A stretch of 64,000 bases of DNA from Candidatus Pacearchaeota archaeon (GTDB lineage Archaea > Nanobdellota > Nanobdellia > Pacearchaeales > GW2011-AR1). The stretch covers positions 198,646-262,645 of the forward strand of contig JAVZZP010000001.1 of the NCBI GenBank assembly GCA_038885615.1, read 5' to 3'. The first letter of the stretch is position 1. Each line of letters starts with the position of its first letter. Under the pieces are notes generated by a model. That model saw only the letters and a list, made by a program, of their open reading frames with translations, was not told the origin of the DNA and made no database searches. Position numbers and translations under genes: made by a program. Shown here piece after piece: positions 8,593 to 18,505 of the stretch.

Positions 8593-10092
8593 TCAGCACC
8601 TTTCAACGCTGCTTGCTTTTTTAACTTCTTCTATTGCAGGCTTATTTTTTCCAAAGAACTCAATTGCTTCTGCTAACTCTTTATGGGTTTTCGCATATTC
8701 TTCAATAGAAATTCCTTTTTGATAGGCTTCGCATGCCTGGACTAAGGCTGTTGCGCCCACTCTCGTTCCCTTAGGATGGGCATGAACTCCTGCCCCCATT
8801 GTAGTAATGAAATCGACATTCCCCATAACTTCTATGAAAGGTTTAAGCTTTGTCGGATTTAAGCCGCCTGAAATTATAGGGCAGCATTTTTTAATTCCTC
8901 GCCAAGAATCATCTTCAAGAATAACATGGTGGGCTAAATCTTCGTGAACAATTTTTATTAAGTCCTTGTCGTTTTCAGGAATTTTTGTCCATTCTTGTTC
9001 AAAAAAATGACCTTTTGATTTAAAATATTGAATTCCGTGAGCTGCAACAATATCTTCTTCTGGGGAACCTTTCATTTTTCCTACTCCTGCTGTACCAGTG
9101 TGTATTCCGGAAGCTCCTGCAAGACGAGCAAACTTAGATAAAACTAGAACACTAAATCCAATAGGATTTTCAGGCCGAGTAAATCCGCCGTGACCTGCTC
9201 TGTGAAAATGTATAAAAACATCGGGATATCTTCTTCTTAATGTTTGGACTGCCATCCATCCTGCTGTGATTCCATCGATTAAAAAAGCATAACTTCCTTT
9301 TTCAAAACCAGCATTTCTTATTAGTTCGCAACGCCTTATCATTTCATCAAAATCTGCTGCCGAGACATTAAAAGAATGAACTTTTTTTCTTCCAGTTTCT
9401 TTTACTGCTTTGTCCATCGCTTTTTTAACATATTGAACCATTTTATCATAAGGACAAAAATCTTGATCTGCTTGCGGTTCATCGTTTTTTACAAAATCTC
9501 CGCCCCCAACCCAGAAGTCATAGCAAACCTCGGCATATTCAGAAGCAGTTAAACCCATTTTTGGTTTGATTATTGTTCCTAAAATTGGTCTTCCATAAAC
9601 ATTAAGATATTTTCTCATATCATCTAGAGTATAAGAAGGTCCGTCGTATTGTTCTAACATCGCAGGAGGAAACCAAACATCTAACAATTTTAAGGCAGAA
9701 ACTTCTTTTATTCCTAGAATATTTCCAACGAGATAAGTCAAAATATTTTGTACATTTCCTTTTCTATCGAATAATCTCCAAGGATAAGCAATCCAGACGA
9801 GATTTCTTTTTAAGTCAATTTGATAAACAAGAGCGTTTAATTCTCTTGAAAAAGGAGTTTCTGTATTTACTTTGAAATTCGTTCCTGTTGAACTCTCAGC
9901 TGCAACTTCTGCTGCTGCTTGCAAAATATTAAGTTTTCCACCAGGAATCAAATGAAAAACAGCAAGAAGATAATTTCCATTTCTAGGATCTTTTAAGTCC
10001 AAATTTACATACGCCTGTTGATGAGGATTTAAACTAGCAAGAATTTTTTTTATTTGCGCAGTTTGAGATTTATTAGAATTTTTTTTAACCAT
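8593..10092 (-). CDS. rbcL: ribulose-1,5-bisphosphate carboxylase large subunit, form II/III-like
   Basis: GGGDFVKNDE with the carbamylated Lys and Mg ligands; HRAGHGG; SGGLNP...GAGVHAHPKG...GA.A..QA. At 499 aa it is consistent with II/III-type enzymes carrying an insertion. Confidence 0.9.
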   Translation of the reverse strand: MVKKNSNKSQTAQIKKILASLNPHQQAYVNLDLKDPRNGNYLLAVFHLIPGGKLNILQAAAEVAAESSTGTNFKVNTETPFSRELNALVYQIDLKRNLVWIAYPWRLFDRKGNVQNILTYLVGNILGIKEVSALKLLDVWFPPAMLEQYDGPSYTLDDMRKYLNVYGRPILGTIIKPKMGLTASEYAEVCYDFWVGGGDFVKNDEPQADQDFCPYDKMVQYVKKAMDKAVKETGRKKVHSFNVSAADFDEMIRRCELIRNAGFEKGSYAFLIDGITAGWMAVQTLRRRYPDVFIHFHRAGHGGFTRPENPIGFSVLVLSKFARLAGASGIHTGTAGVGKMKGSPEEDIVAAHGIQYFKSKGHFFEQEWTKIPENDKDLIKIVHEDLAHHVILEDDSWRGIKKCCPIISGGLNPTKLKPFIEVMGNVDFITTMGAGVHAHPKGTRVGATALVQACEAYQKGISIEEYAKTHKELAEAIEFFGKNKPAIEEVKKASSVERC

Positions 10093-10187
10093 TTTACCTC
10101 TTTTAATTTTTTAAGAGAAGGAGGTTTATAAGGGTTTTGTATTCTCTGTTAACAAATTCTTAAAAATTCAGTTAAATGATATAAATT

Positions 10188-11120
10188 ATGAAACTTTTTG
10201 TATTTGGGGTTACGGGCGATTTATTTAGAAGAAAAGTTTTGAAAGCACTATCTGAAATAAAAAACTTGGAAATAATTGGTTTAACTAGAAAAAATAATGT
10301 CGAAAATAAAAAAGAAAAGCTTGAATATCTTAAAATATCATTTGAAAATGAAAAAGTTTTTTGTGAAAGATGTTCGAAATTTTTTTCTAAAAGCGAAATA
10401 AATTATTTTTATATTTCTCTTCCGCCAGATAAAATTTTTGAAGCCATTAATTACATAAACGACATAAAAAATGAAGGTTACAAAGTAAGAATTTTGATTG
10501 AAAAACCCTTTGGAGCAAATTTAAATGAAGCTTTAAAGTTAAAAGATTTTATAGAAAAAAATAATCTTATAGAATATGTATTTCTAGCAGATCATTATCT
10601 TTTCAAAGAGGGTTTTCTCTTAAATAAAAATAAAAAACCAAAAAAAGTTTCAATCGTAAACTTAGAAAGTGTTGGACTAGAAGGAAGAACTTTTTATGAT
10701 TCTATAGGGGCATTAGGGGATATGGTACAAAGCCACTTTTTTAATATGCTAACTTTTCTTTTTGGAGAAAGTTTTATTGAAAGAACAAAAGTAAAAGAGC
10801 TAAATTTGGGGCAATATAAAGATTACACAAAAGAATTAGGAAGAGAATCTCATACTGAAACCTATGCTAAATTAGTTCTAAAACAAGAGAATAAAGAAGC
10901 ATTTTTAGAAACAGGTAAAAAATTTGAAGAAAAGATTAGTTTTCTGGAGATTGACGGGGAAAGATTTGATTTGACGGCTGGAAAAGATCCTTATTTATTA
11001 ATGTTTGAAGATTTCTTCCAAGGAAAAAAAGAAAATTTTCCTACAATTGAAATGGCAATCAAAAACTGGAAAAAAATTGAAGAAATAAAAAAGATAAAAA
11101 CAAATTTAGAGATTTATTGA
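10188..11120 (+). CDS. glucose-6-phosphate dehydrogenase-like protein, shortened (310 aa)
   Basis: FGVTGDLFRRK (NADP-binding), EKPFG, DHYLFKE (as in RIDHYLGKE), EGRTFYDSIGALGDMVQSH (GGYFD...RDMMQNH), SHTETYA (S.TETFA). About 150 aa of the C-terminal domain are missing. Confidence 0.6.
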   Translation: MKLFVFGVTGDLFRRKVLKALSEIKNLEIIGLTRKNNVENKKEKLEYLKISFENEKVFCERCSKFFSKSEINYFYISLPPDKIFEAINYINDIKNEGYKVRILIEKPFGANLNEALKLKDFIEKNNLIEYVFLADHYLFKEGFLLNKNKKPKKVSIVNLESVGLEGRTFYDSIGALGDMVQSHFFNMLTFLFGESFIERTKVKELNLGQYKDYTKELGRESHTETYAKLVLKQENKEAFLETGKKFEEKISFLEIDGERFDLTAGKDPYLLMFEDFFQGKKENFPTIEMAIKNWKKIEEIKKIKTNLEIY

Positions 11121-11194
11121 ATAGCTTTTAAATGTAAACTTAAAATCATCTAAAAGTTTGGTAATAAATAGTGAGAAAATATAATCTTAATTAC

Positions 11195-12559
11195 CTAAAC
11201 CCTCACCAACTCCCAACTTTCTTTTTTATCTCGGATTTCCCAGCCAAGCAACTTTAATTTTTCACGAAGTTCGTCGGCTTTTTTCCAATCTTTTTCTTGA
11301 CGGGCTTTTTGCCTTTCCTCTGCAATTTTTTTTATCTCATCTGGAATTTGGATTTCTTCTTTTTCAAACAAACCCAAACCTAAAACCTCATCGAATTTTT
11401 TTATTGTCCAGAATTTTCCTTCTGCTTTTTCATCTCTTAAAAAGTCCCATAAGACAGAAAGAGCTTTCGGCGTGTTTAAATCATCGTTAATTGCTTTTTC
11501 AAATTTTTTTAAGTACTCTTCATTTATTTTTCCATCATCATTAAGTTGTAAGCATAGATTTTTTAATCTCTTATATGAGTTTTGAGAATTTTCTAAAATT
11601 TCCAAAGAAAAATCCAATGGTTTTCTATAAACAGCTGTTAAAACAAAATACCTATATGACAAAGGCAAAAAACCTTTTTCCTCTAATTCACTTAATGTGT
11701 AAAGTCCTCCTTTTGATTTTGAAACTTTTTCTCCTTTAAAGGTTAAAAAATTCTCGTGAAGCCAAAAACGAACGAACTTTTTTCCGGTAGCTGCCTCGCT
11801 TTGAGCAATCTCATTTGTGTGATGAACTGGAATATGATCAATGCCTCCTGTGTGAATGTCGATTGTTTCTCCAAGATATTTCATTGCCATTGCAGAACAC
11901 TCAATGTGCCAACCAGGGAAACCCAACCCCCAAGGAGATTCCCACTCTTGTTGTCTTAAGCCGGGTTTCTCAGAAAATTTCCATAAAGCAAAATCTGTTG
12001 GATTTCTTTTTTCTTTTAAATCAACTCTTTTTCCAGCTTGCAAACCTTCTTTCTTTAATCTAGCAAGTTTTCCGTAATTTTCAAATTTTGAACTGTCAAA
12101 ATAAATTCCATCTGAAGTCCTATAAGTAAAACCTCTTTCTTCGAGTTTTTTTATCAACTCAATCATTTCTTTTATGTGTTCTGTCGCCCAACTCCAAACA
12201 AAAGGCTCTTCGATATTAAGCTTCTTTAAATCTTCATGAAAAAGATTAAAATAATAATGAGTTATTTCTTTAGCTGTTTTTCCTTCTCGTTTAGCAGCTT
12301 TTTCAATTTTGTCCTCGCCTTCATCAGCATCGGAGGTTAAATGACCAACATCTGTAACATTTATGACTTTCTTGACTTGAAAACCATTAAACTTTAAAGT
12401 TCTTGAAAGAATATCCGAAAAAATATATGCCTTAAGATTCCCTATATGCTGATACCAATAAACAGTTGGCCCGCAAGTGTACATAGTAACGATCGGGGGA
12501 TTCAATGGCTTAAAAATTTCTTTCTTTCTCGTTAAAGTGTTATAAAGTTTGAGGGACAT
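11195..12559 (-). CDS. cysS: cysteinyl-tRNA synthetase
   Basis: HIGN motif ([10 protein letters not shown]), KMSKS motif (KVSKSKGG) and a CysRS-like anticodon-binding C-terminus. Ends with a genuine TAG stop. Confidence 0.9.
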   Translation of the reverse strand: MSLKLYNTLTRKKEIFKPLNPPIVTMYTCGPTVYWYQHIGNLKAYIFSDILSRTLKFNGFQVKKVINVTDVGHLTSDADEGEDKIEKAAKREGKTAKEITHYYFNLFHEDLKKLNIEEPFVWSWATEHIKEMIELIKKLEERGFTYRTSDGIYFDSSKFENYGKLARLKKEGLQAGKRVDLKEKRNPTDFALWKFSEKPGLRQQEWESPWGLGFPGWHIECSAMAMKYLGETIDIHTGGIDHIPVHHTNEIAQSEAATGKKFVRFWLHENFLTFKGEKVSKSKGGLYTLSELEEKGFLPLSYRYFVLTAVYRKPLDFSLEILENSQNSYKRLKNLCLQLNDDGKINEEYLKKFEKAINDDLNTPKALSVLWDFLRDEKAEGKFWTIKKFDEVLGLGLFEKEEIQIPDEIKKIAEERQKARQEKDWKKADELREKLKLLGWEIRDKKESWELVRV

Positions 12560-12567
12560 AAGAAAGA

Positions 12568-13434
12568 TTAGATTTCTAGTATTTTAAATCTTCCCTCTGT
12601 TGCGCTACCAACATTGAAAACTTTTGATTTGCCTATTTTTGTTTCTCCGTGACTTTCGTGAATGTGGCCAGAGAAAACAAAATCCGGTTGAAATCTTTTT
12701 ATTATTTCTTTTTCAAGAAAAGAACCGTAATGTTTGCCTTTTGCAGGGCCTTTTTTTATTAAATCAAGTTTTGTTTTATAAGGGCAATTATGTGTTAAGA
12801 AAATTATTGGCTTTTTTGCTCTTTTCTGAATTTTTTTTGCTTTTCTGAATAATTTAATCAGTGCAACCTCTCTTCTTCTATATTCTATTTTTGCTTTAAC
12901 AAAATTAAAAAAAACAAGAATTTTTTCTTTGTTTGTTTTTGCCTCTTTTAAGGATTTTTTCAGAACATCTTTTGTTAAAATTCCAGGAGAAGTTGAACTT
13001 CCTCCTCCGACAAGAATAAAACTTTTTTCATTGATTAAACTAAAATCAACTAGTCTAAAATTTCCGTCATTGAGTTTTTTAAAAGAAAAATTTTTATCTT
13101 TTCTTTTTCCAACAATGTCGTATGGATAAGGACAAGGATCCCAATTTCCGTGAATAGCATAAATTTTTATGCCTAAACTCTTTAGTTTTTCAATAACTTC
13201 TTTTCCTCTTTCAAAGGAATTTTTTTCTATTTTTTCATATTTTTTTAAGATTTTTTCTGGAATTTCTTCTTCGTCTTTTCCATAAATATAATTAAAATAA
13301 AATTTTGCTGCCCCTTCACTTCCACAAAAATCTCCGAAAGATAAAATAAATTCTGGTTTTTCAGCTTGTATTTTTTTAATAATCTTTTTTGTTAATTCTC
13401 CATGAAAATCTCCTAAAACAAAAATTTTTGTCAT
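12568..13434 (-). CDS. calcineurin-like metallophosphoesterase
   Basis: GDFHG, GNWD and GHIHE motifs. Confidence 0.7.
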   Translation of the reverse strand: MTKIFVLGDFHGELTKKIIKKIQAEKPEFILSFGDFCGSEGAAKFYFNYIYGKDEEEIPEKILKKYEKIEKNSFERGKEVIEKLKSLGIKIYAIHGNWDPCPYPYDIVGKRKDKNFSFKKLNDGNFRLVDFSLINEKSFILVGGGSSTSPGILTKDVLKKSLKEAKTNKEKILVFFNFVKAKIEYRRREVALIKLFRKAKKIQKRAKKPIIFLTHNCPYKTKLDLIKKGPAKGKHYGSFLEKEIIKRFQPDFVFSGHIHESHGETKIGKSKVFNVGSATEGRFKILEI

Positions 13435-13463
13435 AAAAAATAGAGCAAAAATAGGTTTAAAAG

Positions 13464-14021
13464 TTAATCTCTAAACTTTACATAAACTTGTGTTGTTGCA
13501 TAATTATTTTCGTTTGCTTTGACATCAATTCTAAATCTAACTGTACAGAGAGGATCACCCTCTCCTGTTTCAAATAAAATAACTATCGGCTCATTTTCTC
13601 CTGTAGGAATTGGAATATCTTCTCCTCTATAAGATTCTGCTACAAAAAGATTTAATATGTCTTCTTTAGAAACACCACAATCATTTTCTACATTCGAAAC
13701 AGGAGTTATCTCATAAGAAAAAAGAGCATTTTTTGCCTGGCTTCCTGAAAGTTTATTTTTTATTCCTATAGCAAAACCTTCTTGTTTTCCTTGTCTAACC
13801 TCTATTTGTTTTGTTGAAGGATAAATAACAATTTTTTTATCTTCTCCAAAAAGTTTATTTATTTCATTAGAAACTTGGTCATTTAAGCCAGACACTGCTC
13901 TTTGACTACCAAAAAAAATATTTCTCACAAGCATAATACCTAAAACAAGCATTACCATTGCTATAACAACTATAACAATCGTCCCGATAGAAAGTTCCAT
14001 TGCTGCTTTTTTAGTTTTCAT
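13464..14021 (-). CDS. archaeal type IV pilin-like protein (class III signal peptide)
   Basis: N-terminus KKAAMELSIGTIVIVVIAMVMLVLG resembles archaeal prepilin signals (GIGTLIVFIAMV-type). Confidence 0.45.
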   Translation of the reverse strand: MKTKKAAMELSIGTIVIVVIAMVMLVLGIMLVRNIFFGSQRAVSGLNDQVSNEINKLFGEDKKIVIYPSTKQIEVRQGKQEGFAIGIKNKLSGSQAKNALFSYEITPVSNVENDCGVSKEDILNLFVAESYRGEDIPIPTGENEPIVILFETGEGDPLCTVRFRIDVKANENNYATTQVYVKFRD

Positions 14022-14227
14022 TTTTCAAAATACTCCTTTATAGGATAAAATGCAAACAAAATGGATATAACCAAGAAGGCCCACTTCCAGTCTTCTAAAT
14101 CAGAAATAATCTGAGGAAAAATTGCAACTAAAAAGAGCGCGAGAAAAAAAACCGACAACTTCATAAATGCAGCTCCAAAAGCACTTAACCTTTTTCTTTT
14201 TTCTTTTTTTACACCTTCTTTTTTCAT
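14018..14227 (-). CDS. small membrane protein, hypothetical
   Basis: 69-aa ORF with two hydrophobic helices, overlapping the pilin-like gene by 4 nt. Confidence 0.3.
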   Translation of the reverse strand: MKKEGVKKEKRKRLSAFGAAFMKLSVFFLALFLVAIFPQIISDLEDWKWAFLVISILFAFYPIKEYFEK

Positions 14228-14264
14228 AATAAGTTGAATTATCTTTGGTTTAAAAAGTTTTTGA

Positions 14265-14336
14265 TGGGGCTGGGGAGAATCGAACTCCCGACACCACGGT
14301 CTTCAGCCGTGTGCTCTCCCACTGAGCTACAACCCC
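14265..14336 (-). tRNA. tRNA-Phe (anticodon GAA)
   Basis: Minus-strand reverse complement GGGGUUGUAGCUCAGUGGGAGAGCACACGGCUGAAGACCGUGGUGUCGGGAGUUCGAUUCUCCCCAGCCCCA folds as a cloverleaf; anticodon loop CUGAAGA. No encoded CCA. Confidence 0.9.
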
Positions 14337-14412
14337 TTAAGTTAAAAAAGAAAAAAGTGGTTTTTAAGTTTATTGTATATAAATTTAAAAATGATAAAAA
14401 AAAGAAGAATAC

Positions 14413-14970
14413 ATGATTAACGTAAAAGAAAAAAACCTTGAAGAAGTTCAAGAGAAATTAAATTCTATAAAAACAAATTTAAATAAAGCAGAATATCTAG
14501 AAAGTGTGCTAAAAAAGAACATCTCGCTTGATATAAACAGATTTATTTTAAAGAACTTATGTGAGATATATGAAAAAGAAAAACTTTTTGAAAGAGCTGC
14601 AAAATCTTATTCCTTAAGAGCTAGACTTGACAGCACATTTAAAGAAAAAATTGAAAATCTATTAAAGGCATCTGAAAACTTTTGCAAGGTAGTAAAAATT
14701 GAGGATGCGGAACAAATGCTTTTGGCAGCCTATAGGGAAGCAAACGATTCTGAAAGAAGAGAAATATTGAGAAAAAGAAAAGAAAGTTATTTTAAATATG
14801 GGGAATATTTTGAAAATATTGGAAAAAAATCCTCTGCAGTTAAATTTTATGAAAAATTGTTTGGTATGAAACTAGAAGAAAATGAAAAAAATAAAGTTAA
14901 AGAAAAATTAATCGCTATTTATATAAAACTAGGAAAATTAAAAGAAGCAAAAGAAATTGAAAAGAAATAA
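14413..14970 (+). CDS. hypothetical coiled-coil protein
   Basis: K/E-rich 185-aa ORF; no recognisable domain. Confidence 0.35.
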   Translation: MINVKEKNLEEVQEKLNSIKTNLNKAEYLESVLKKNISLDINRFILKNLCEIYEKEKLFERAAKSYSLRARLDSTFKEKIENLLKASENFCKVVKIEDAEQMLLAAYREANDSERREILRKRKESYFKYGEYFENIGKKSSAVKFYEKLFGMKLEENEKNKVKEKLIAIYIKLGKLKEAKEIEKK

Positions 14971-14977
14971 TTTAAGT

Positions 14978-15070
14978 TTAATCTTCAATTTCTTCTATGT
15001 CTTCTTCAAAATCTTCTTCCAATTCGTCTTCTTCATCAAACTCTTCCTCTTTATCAAAATCTTCAGCCAT
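14978..15070 (-). CDS. 30-aa highly acidic peptide (MAEDFDKEEEFDEEDELEEDFEEDIEEIED)
   Basis: Clean ATG to TAA ORF, not in track because it is under 60 aa. ggagag lies 5 nt upstream of ATG. Divergent from dnaG. Confidence 0.3.
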   Translation of the reverse strand: MAEDFDKEEEFDEEDELEEDFEEDIEEIED

Positions 15071-15253
15071 TTTTCTCTCCATCTTTAATTAAAGTTGGCT
15101 AAAAATAATAATTTAAAAATCTTTCGGAAAGATTTAAAAAAGAAAAAAGGTTTAAAAAAATACTAGATAAGTGTTTTTCACCTTCATGCTCACTAAAGAA
15201 GTAAGAAAGTTACACTTATTCTAGTTTATTAACTAAATTAAAGGAGGAAAAAA

Positions 15254-16378
15254 ATGGCAAAGATAAGTCCTGCATCAATAAAGTATAATATAATGGCTAG
15301 TTTTGAGGCCGAAGGCCCTTTGGAGAAACCAGACGTTATAGGAGCAGTGTTTGGACAAACTGAAGGCCTTCTTGGTAGCAATATGGAATTAAGAGAACTA
15401 CAACAAGAAGGAAAAATAGGGAGAATAGAAGTTAATCTTACAAGAGAAGATGGAAAAACAAAAGGAGAAATAATTATTCCATCTGCTTTAGACAAAACAG
15501 AAACTGCTTTAATTGCTGCCGCACTTGAAACTATTGACAAAGTTGGTCCTACTGAAGCGAAAATAACTGTTAAGAAAATTGATGATGTAAGAGGGAGCAA
15601 GAGAGATTACATCTTAAAAAGAGCAAAGGACCTCTTGTACAGCATTAATGGAGAAGCTCCGGAAATGGAAGAGATGGAACAAGAATTAAAAGAATCAATT
15701 AGGATATCAAAAGTTTCCAGCTACGGGGAGGAAGAACTGCCTTGTGGAGATATAAGCGGAACAGAGATAATTGTTGTAGAAGGAAGAGCTGATGTAGTAA
15801 ATCTTGTAAAACACAATATAACAAATGTCATAGGAATGAATGGAACAAAACTGCCAAAAGAAATAGCTAAACTTGGCGATGAGAAAGAAATAACTCTTTT
15901 TGTAGACGGAGATAGAGGCGGTTTATTGATAGCACAAAATGTTTGCGAAAATGCAAAAATAAAATATATAGCGCAGGCCCCTGATGGAAAAGAAGTTGAA
16001 GAATTGACTGGAAAAGAAATACATATAGCCCTAAGAAAAAAGGTTGCTCCGGAAGAATTTTTTAAAAAGAATAAGGATTCTTCTGGGGCCTCTGCCTCAA
16101 AAACAACTATTGGGGAAAAAGAGAAAGAAAAACTAAGAGAAATTTCTAAAGATATAAAATCAAAGTGTCTTATTTTAAATGAAAAACTAGATGTAATAAA
16201 AAAAATATCTGTTTCCTTGATAAGAAAAATAAAATTAGAAGAAAAACCTTATTTGATTCTTGTTGAAAAAGCTAATCCAAAAATAATAGAAGAAAGTGAA
16301 AAAATAGGGGCTAAATATATTGCTGCAAAAAGTTTTGAAAAAATTATAGACACAAAAGTTGAGCTAGTTTCCATATAG
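15254..16378 (+). CDS. dnaG: archaeal DnaG-type primase (TOPRIM domain)
   Basis: TEGLLG...ELRELQQEGKIGRIE N-terminal region. TOPRIM motifs IVVEGRADV and DGDRGG. Strong SD aaggagg before ATG. Confidence 0.85.
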   Translation: MAKISPASIKYNIMASFEAEGPLEKPDVIGAVFGQTEGLLGSNMELRELQQEGKIGRIEVNLTREDGKTKGEIIIPSALDKTETALIAAALETIDKVGPTEAKITVKKIDDVRGSKRDYILKRAKDLLYSINGEAPEMEEMEQELKESIRISKVSSYGEEELPCGDISGTEIIVVEGRADVVNLVKHNITNVIGMNGTKLPKEIAKLGDEKEITLFVDGDRGGLLIAQNVCENAKIKYIAQAPDGKEVEELTGKEIHIALRKKVAPEEFFKKNKDSSGASASKTTIGEKEKEKLREISKDIKSKCLILNEKLDVIKKISVSLIRKIKLEEKPYLILVEKANPKIIEESEKIGAKYIAAKSFEKIIDTKVELVSI

Positions 16379-16408
16379 CTTTAAAAAGACAAAAGTATAT
16401 TTCTTTTT

Positions 16409-17257
16409 ATGATTTGGAGAATTCTTCCTTTAAAAAGAATAGAAAGAAACCCGTGGGAAATGTTTTATATTGGATTGTTTTACGCAAGTATTGCTTTTTT
16501 TGTTATTACATACTTCTTTTCTAAAGATGCTGTTCTAAACCAGTATAGAGGTATTTTACTTACCCTAATAACTTTAATTTGTTGTTTTCCTTATTTTTAT
16601 TTTTTTCTTAAACAAGAAGAAGGAAAAGACTTGGAAATTAGCGAAGAAGGAAAGTTAATAAAAGAGCATTGGAAAGCAATTATGGCCTTAATATGGCTTT
16701 TTATTGGATTAACTATTGGTTTCGGTTTTTGGTATTTAGTTCTTCCGGGAGAAGCTCCGAAAACTTTTGACGCACAAATAAAAACTTTTTGTTCTATAAA
16801 CAGTCCTGGTGGATATGAAGAATGCTTGAAAAAATATGGTGTAGTTACTGGCTCTGCTACCGATATAGGCCATTTTTTTGGAATTTTAATAAATAATATA
16901 GGTGTAATGATGATTACTCTTTTTTCTTCTATCATATTTGGTGCCGGCGCCATATTTATCCTCATATGGAATGCATCAGTTATTGGTGCTGCTATAGGAA
17001 TGTTTTCAAAAGACGTTGTAAAAATGCATTTTGGAGTTTTGAGATATTTTATTCACGGAATTCCCGAAATTGCTGCTTATTTTGTCGCTGCTTTAGCAGG
17101 AGGAATAATTTCTGTGGCTTTTGTGAGAAGAGATTTGAAAGGAGAAAGATTGTGGATAATTATGGAAGATGCAATAATCCTGGTAATACTTAGCGTTTTA
17201 ATTTTAATTGCTTCTGCTTTTATAGAAGTTTATATAACTCCTTTAATAATAAGATAG
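16409..17257 (+). CDS. SpoIIM-like (DUF95) polytopic membrane protein
   Basis: HGIPEIAAYFVAALAGG-type motif and about 6 TM helices. Confidence 0.4.
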   Translation: MIWRILPLKRIERNPWEMFYIGLFYASIAFFVITYFFSKDAVLNQYRGILLTLITLICCFPYFYFFLKQEEGKDLEISEEGKLIKEHWKAIMALIWLFIGLTIGFGFWYLVLPGEAPKTFDAQIKTFCSINSPGGYEECLKKYGVVTGSATDIGHFFGILINNIGVMMITLFSSIIFGAGAIFILIWNASVIGAAIGMFSKDVVKMHFGVLRYFIHGIPEIAAYFVAALAGGIISVAFVRRDLKGERLWIIMEDAIILVILSVLILIASAFIEVYITPLIIR

Positions 17258-17296
17258 CATCGAAAATATTTTAAACTATTCTTTTATAGAAACAAT

Positions 17297-17428
17297 ATGA
17301 AAACCTACAGGTGTTCAAATTGCGGGTATAAAACAAAAAAAGATAAACGCCCAGACAAATGCAATTATTGCGGTAAAAACACAATGCATGAAGAAGAAGA
17401 AATTGAAGATATTTTGAAAGAAGCTTAA
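17297..17428 (+). CDS. 43-aa zinc-ribbon protein (CxxC-x12-CxxC) with acidic tail
   Basis: MKTYRCSNCGYKTKKDKRPDKCNYCGKNTMHEEEEIEDILKEA. Not in track because it is under 60 aa. RpoP-like spacing but an atypical acidic C-terminus. Confidence 0.4.
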   Translation: MKTYRCSNCGYKTKKDKRPDKCNYCGKNTMHEEEEIEDILKEA

Positions 17429-17467
17429 AAACAAATATTTTTTAAATAAGCAAAATTTAATAATTTT

Positions 17468-18466
17468 ATGAGCATAATTATATTTTCATTAGTTATTAGT
17501 TTTATAACTTGTTTTATTTTTCTAAAATTCTGGATAAGAAAGTGCCATTATCTAGGGATGCTCTGGGAAGATATGAATAAATGGAAAACACCAAAAAATG
17601 TTGCTTCTTCCGGCGGGCTGATAGTTTTGTTTTCTTTTTTAATGGGGGTCTTCTCTTATGTTGCTCTAAGAACTTTTTGGGGCGTTGAAGAAAATACTTT
17701 AATTTTCGCTTCTCTAATGACGGTTGTTTTAGCTGGATTTATTGGCTTTATAGACGATATGCTTGGTTGGAAAAAAAAGGGTCTCTCTAAAAGAGCCAGG
17801 TTATTCGCATTATTAATTGCAGCAGTTCCTTTGATAGTAATAAACGCCGGAGAAAAAACAATAAATTTGCCTTTTCTTGGGATTGTGAATTTTGGAATAT
17901 TTTATCCCTTGTTTTTAATTCCTCTTGGAGTTGTTGGTGTAACAAGTGTTTATAATTTTCTGGCAGGTTTTAATGGTTTAGAAGCAGGTTTAGGAGTTTT
18001 AATTTTAAGTTTTTTGAGTTATGTTTCTTATGTTAGCGGAAATCCTTGGCTTTCTGTTGTAGGAATAACGATGGTTTTTTCTTTACTTGCTTTTTTAATA
18101 TTCAATTGGTGTCCAGCTAAAGTTTTCGGAGGGAATATTCTTACCTATTCTATTGGAAGTTTGATAGCAACTATGGCTATAATGGGGAATTTTGAAAAAA
18201 TAGCATTTATTACTTTTATTCCTTTTATTATTGAAATGATTCTCAAGTTAAGAGGAAAACTTGAAATTCAATCATTCGGCAAACCGAACAAAGATGGTTC
18301 TCTTTCTTTAAAGTATGAAAAAATCTGCGGCTTAACTCATTTTGGAATTTGGTTCCTTTCTAAGTTTAAGAAAAGAGTTTATGAAAAAGATGTTGTTTTG
18401 CTTATACTTTTTATTGAATTTATTTTTATTGGAATTGCGTTTTTGTCGTTTAAAGGGTTGTTTTGA
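17468..18466 (+). CDS. glycosyltransferase family 4 UDP-GlcNAc:dolichyl-phosphate GlcNAc-1-P transferase (AglH/MraY-WecA superfamily)
   Basis: FIDDMLG and VYNFLAGFNGLEAG motifs; about 10 TM helices. Confidence 0.8.
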   Translation: MSIIIFSLVISFITCFIFLKFWIRKCHYLGMLWEDMNKWKTPKNVASSGGLIVLFSFLMGVFSYVALRTFWGVEENTLIFASLMTVVLAGFIGFIDDMLGWKKKGLSKRARLFALLIAAVPLIVINAGEKTINLPFLGIVNFGIFYPLFLIPLGVVGVTSVYNFLAGFNGLEAGLGVLILSFLSYVSYVSGNPWLSVVGITMVFSLLAFLIFNWCPAKVFGGNILTYSIGSLIATMAIMGNFEKIAFITFIPFIIEMILKLRGKLEIQSFGKPNKDGSLSLKYEKICGLTHFGIWFLSKFKKRVYEKDVVLLILFIEFIFIGIAFLSFKGLF

Positions 18467-18505
18467 ATAAGGTAGATTTTTAAATCCTCTTAAATTATAA
18501 AAAAA

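Noticed and set aside
11150-11197. Possible TAG readthrough or recoding genome-wide
   Set aside because: cysS ends at TAG and the in-frame continuation is 14 aa of junk to a second stop; TGA and TAA are also used as stops elsewhere. So TAG is a normal stop here and the copA TAG is not explained by an alternative code.
14234-14451. Two small ORFs (plus and minus)
   Set aside because: Both overlap the tRNA-Phe gene (14265-14336) and have poly-K/F junk translations.
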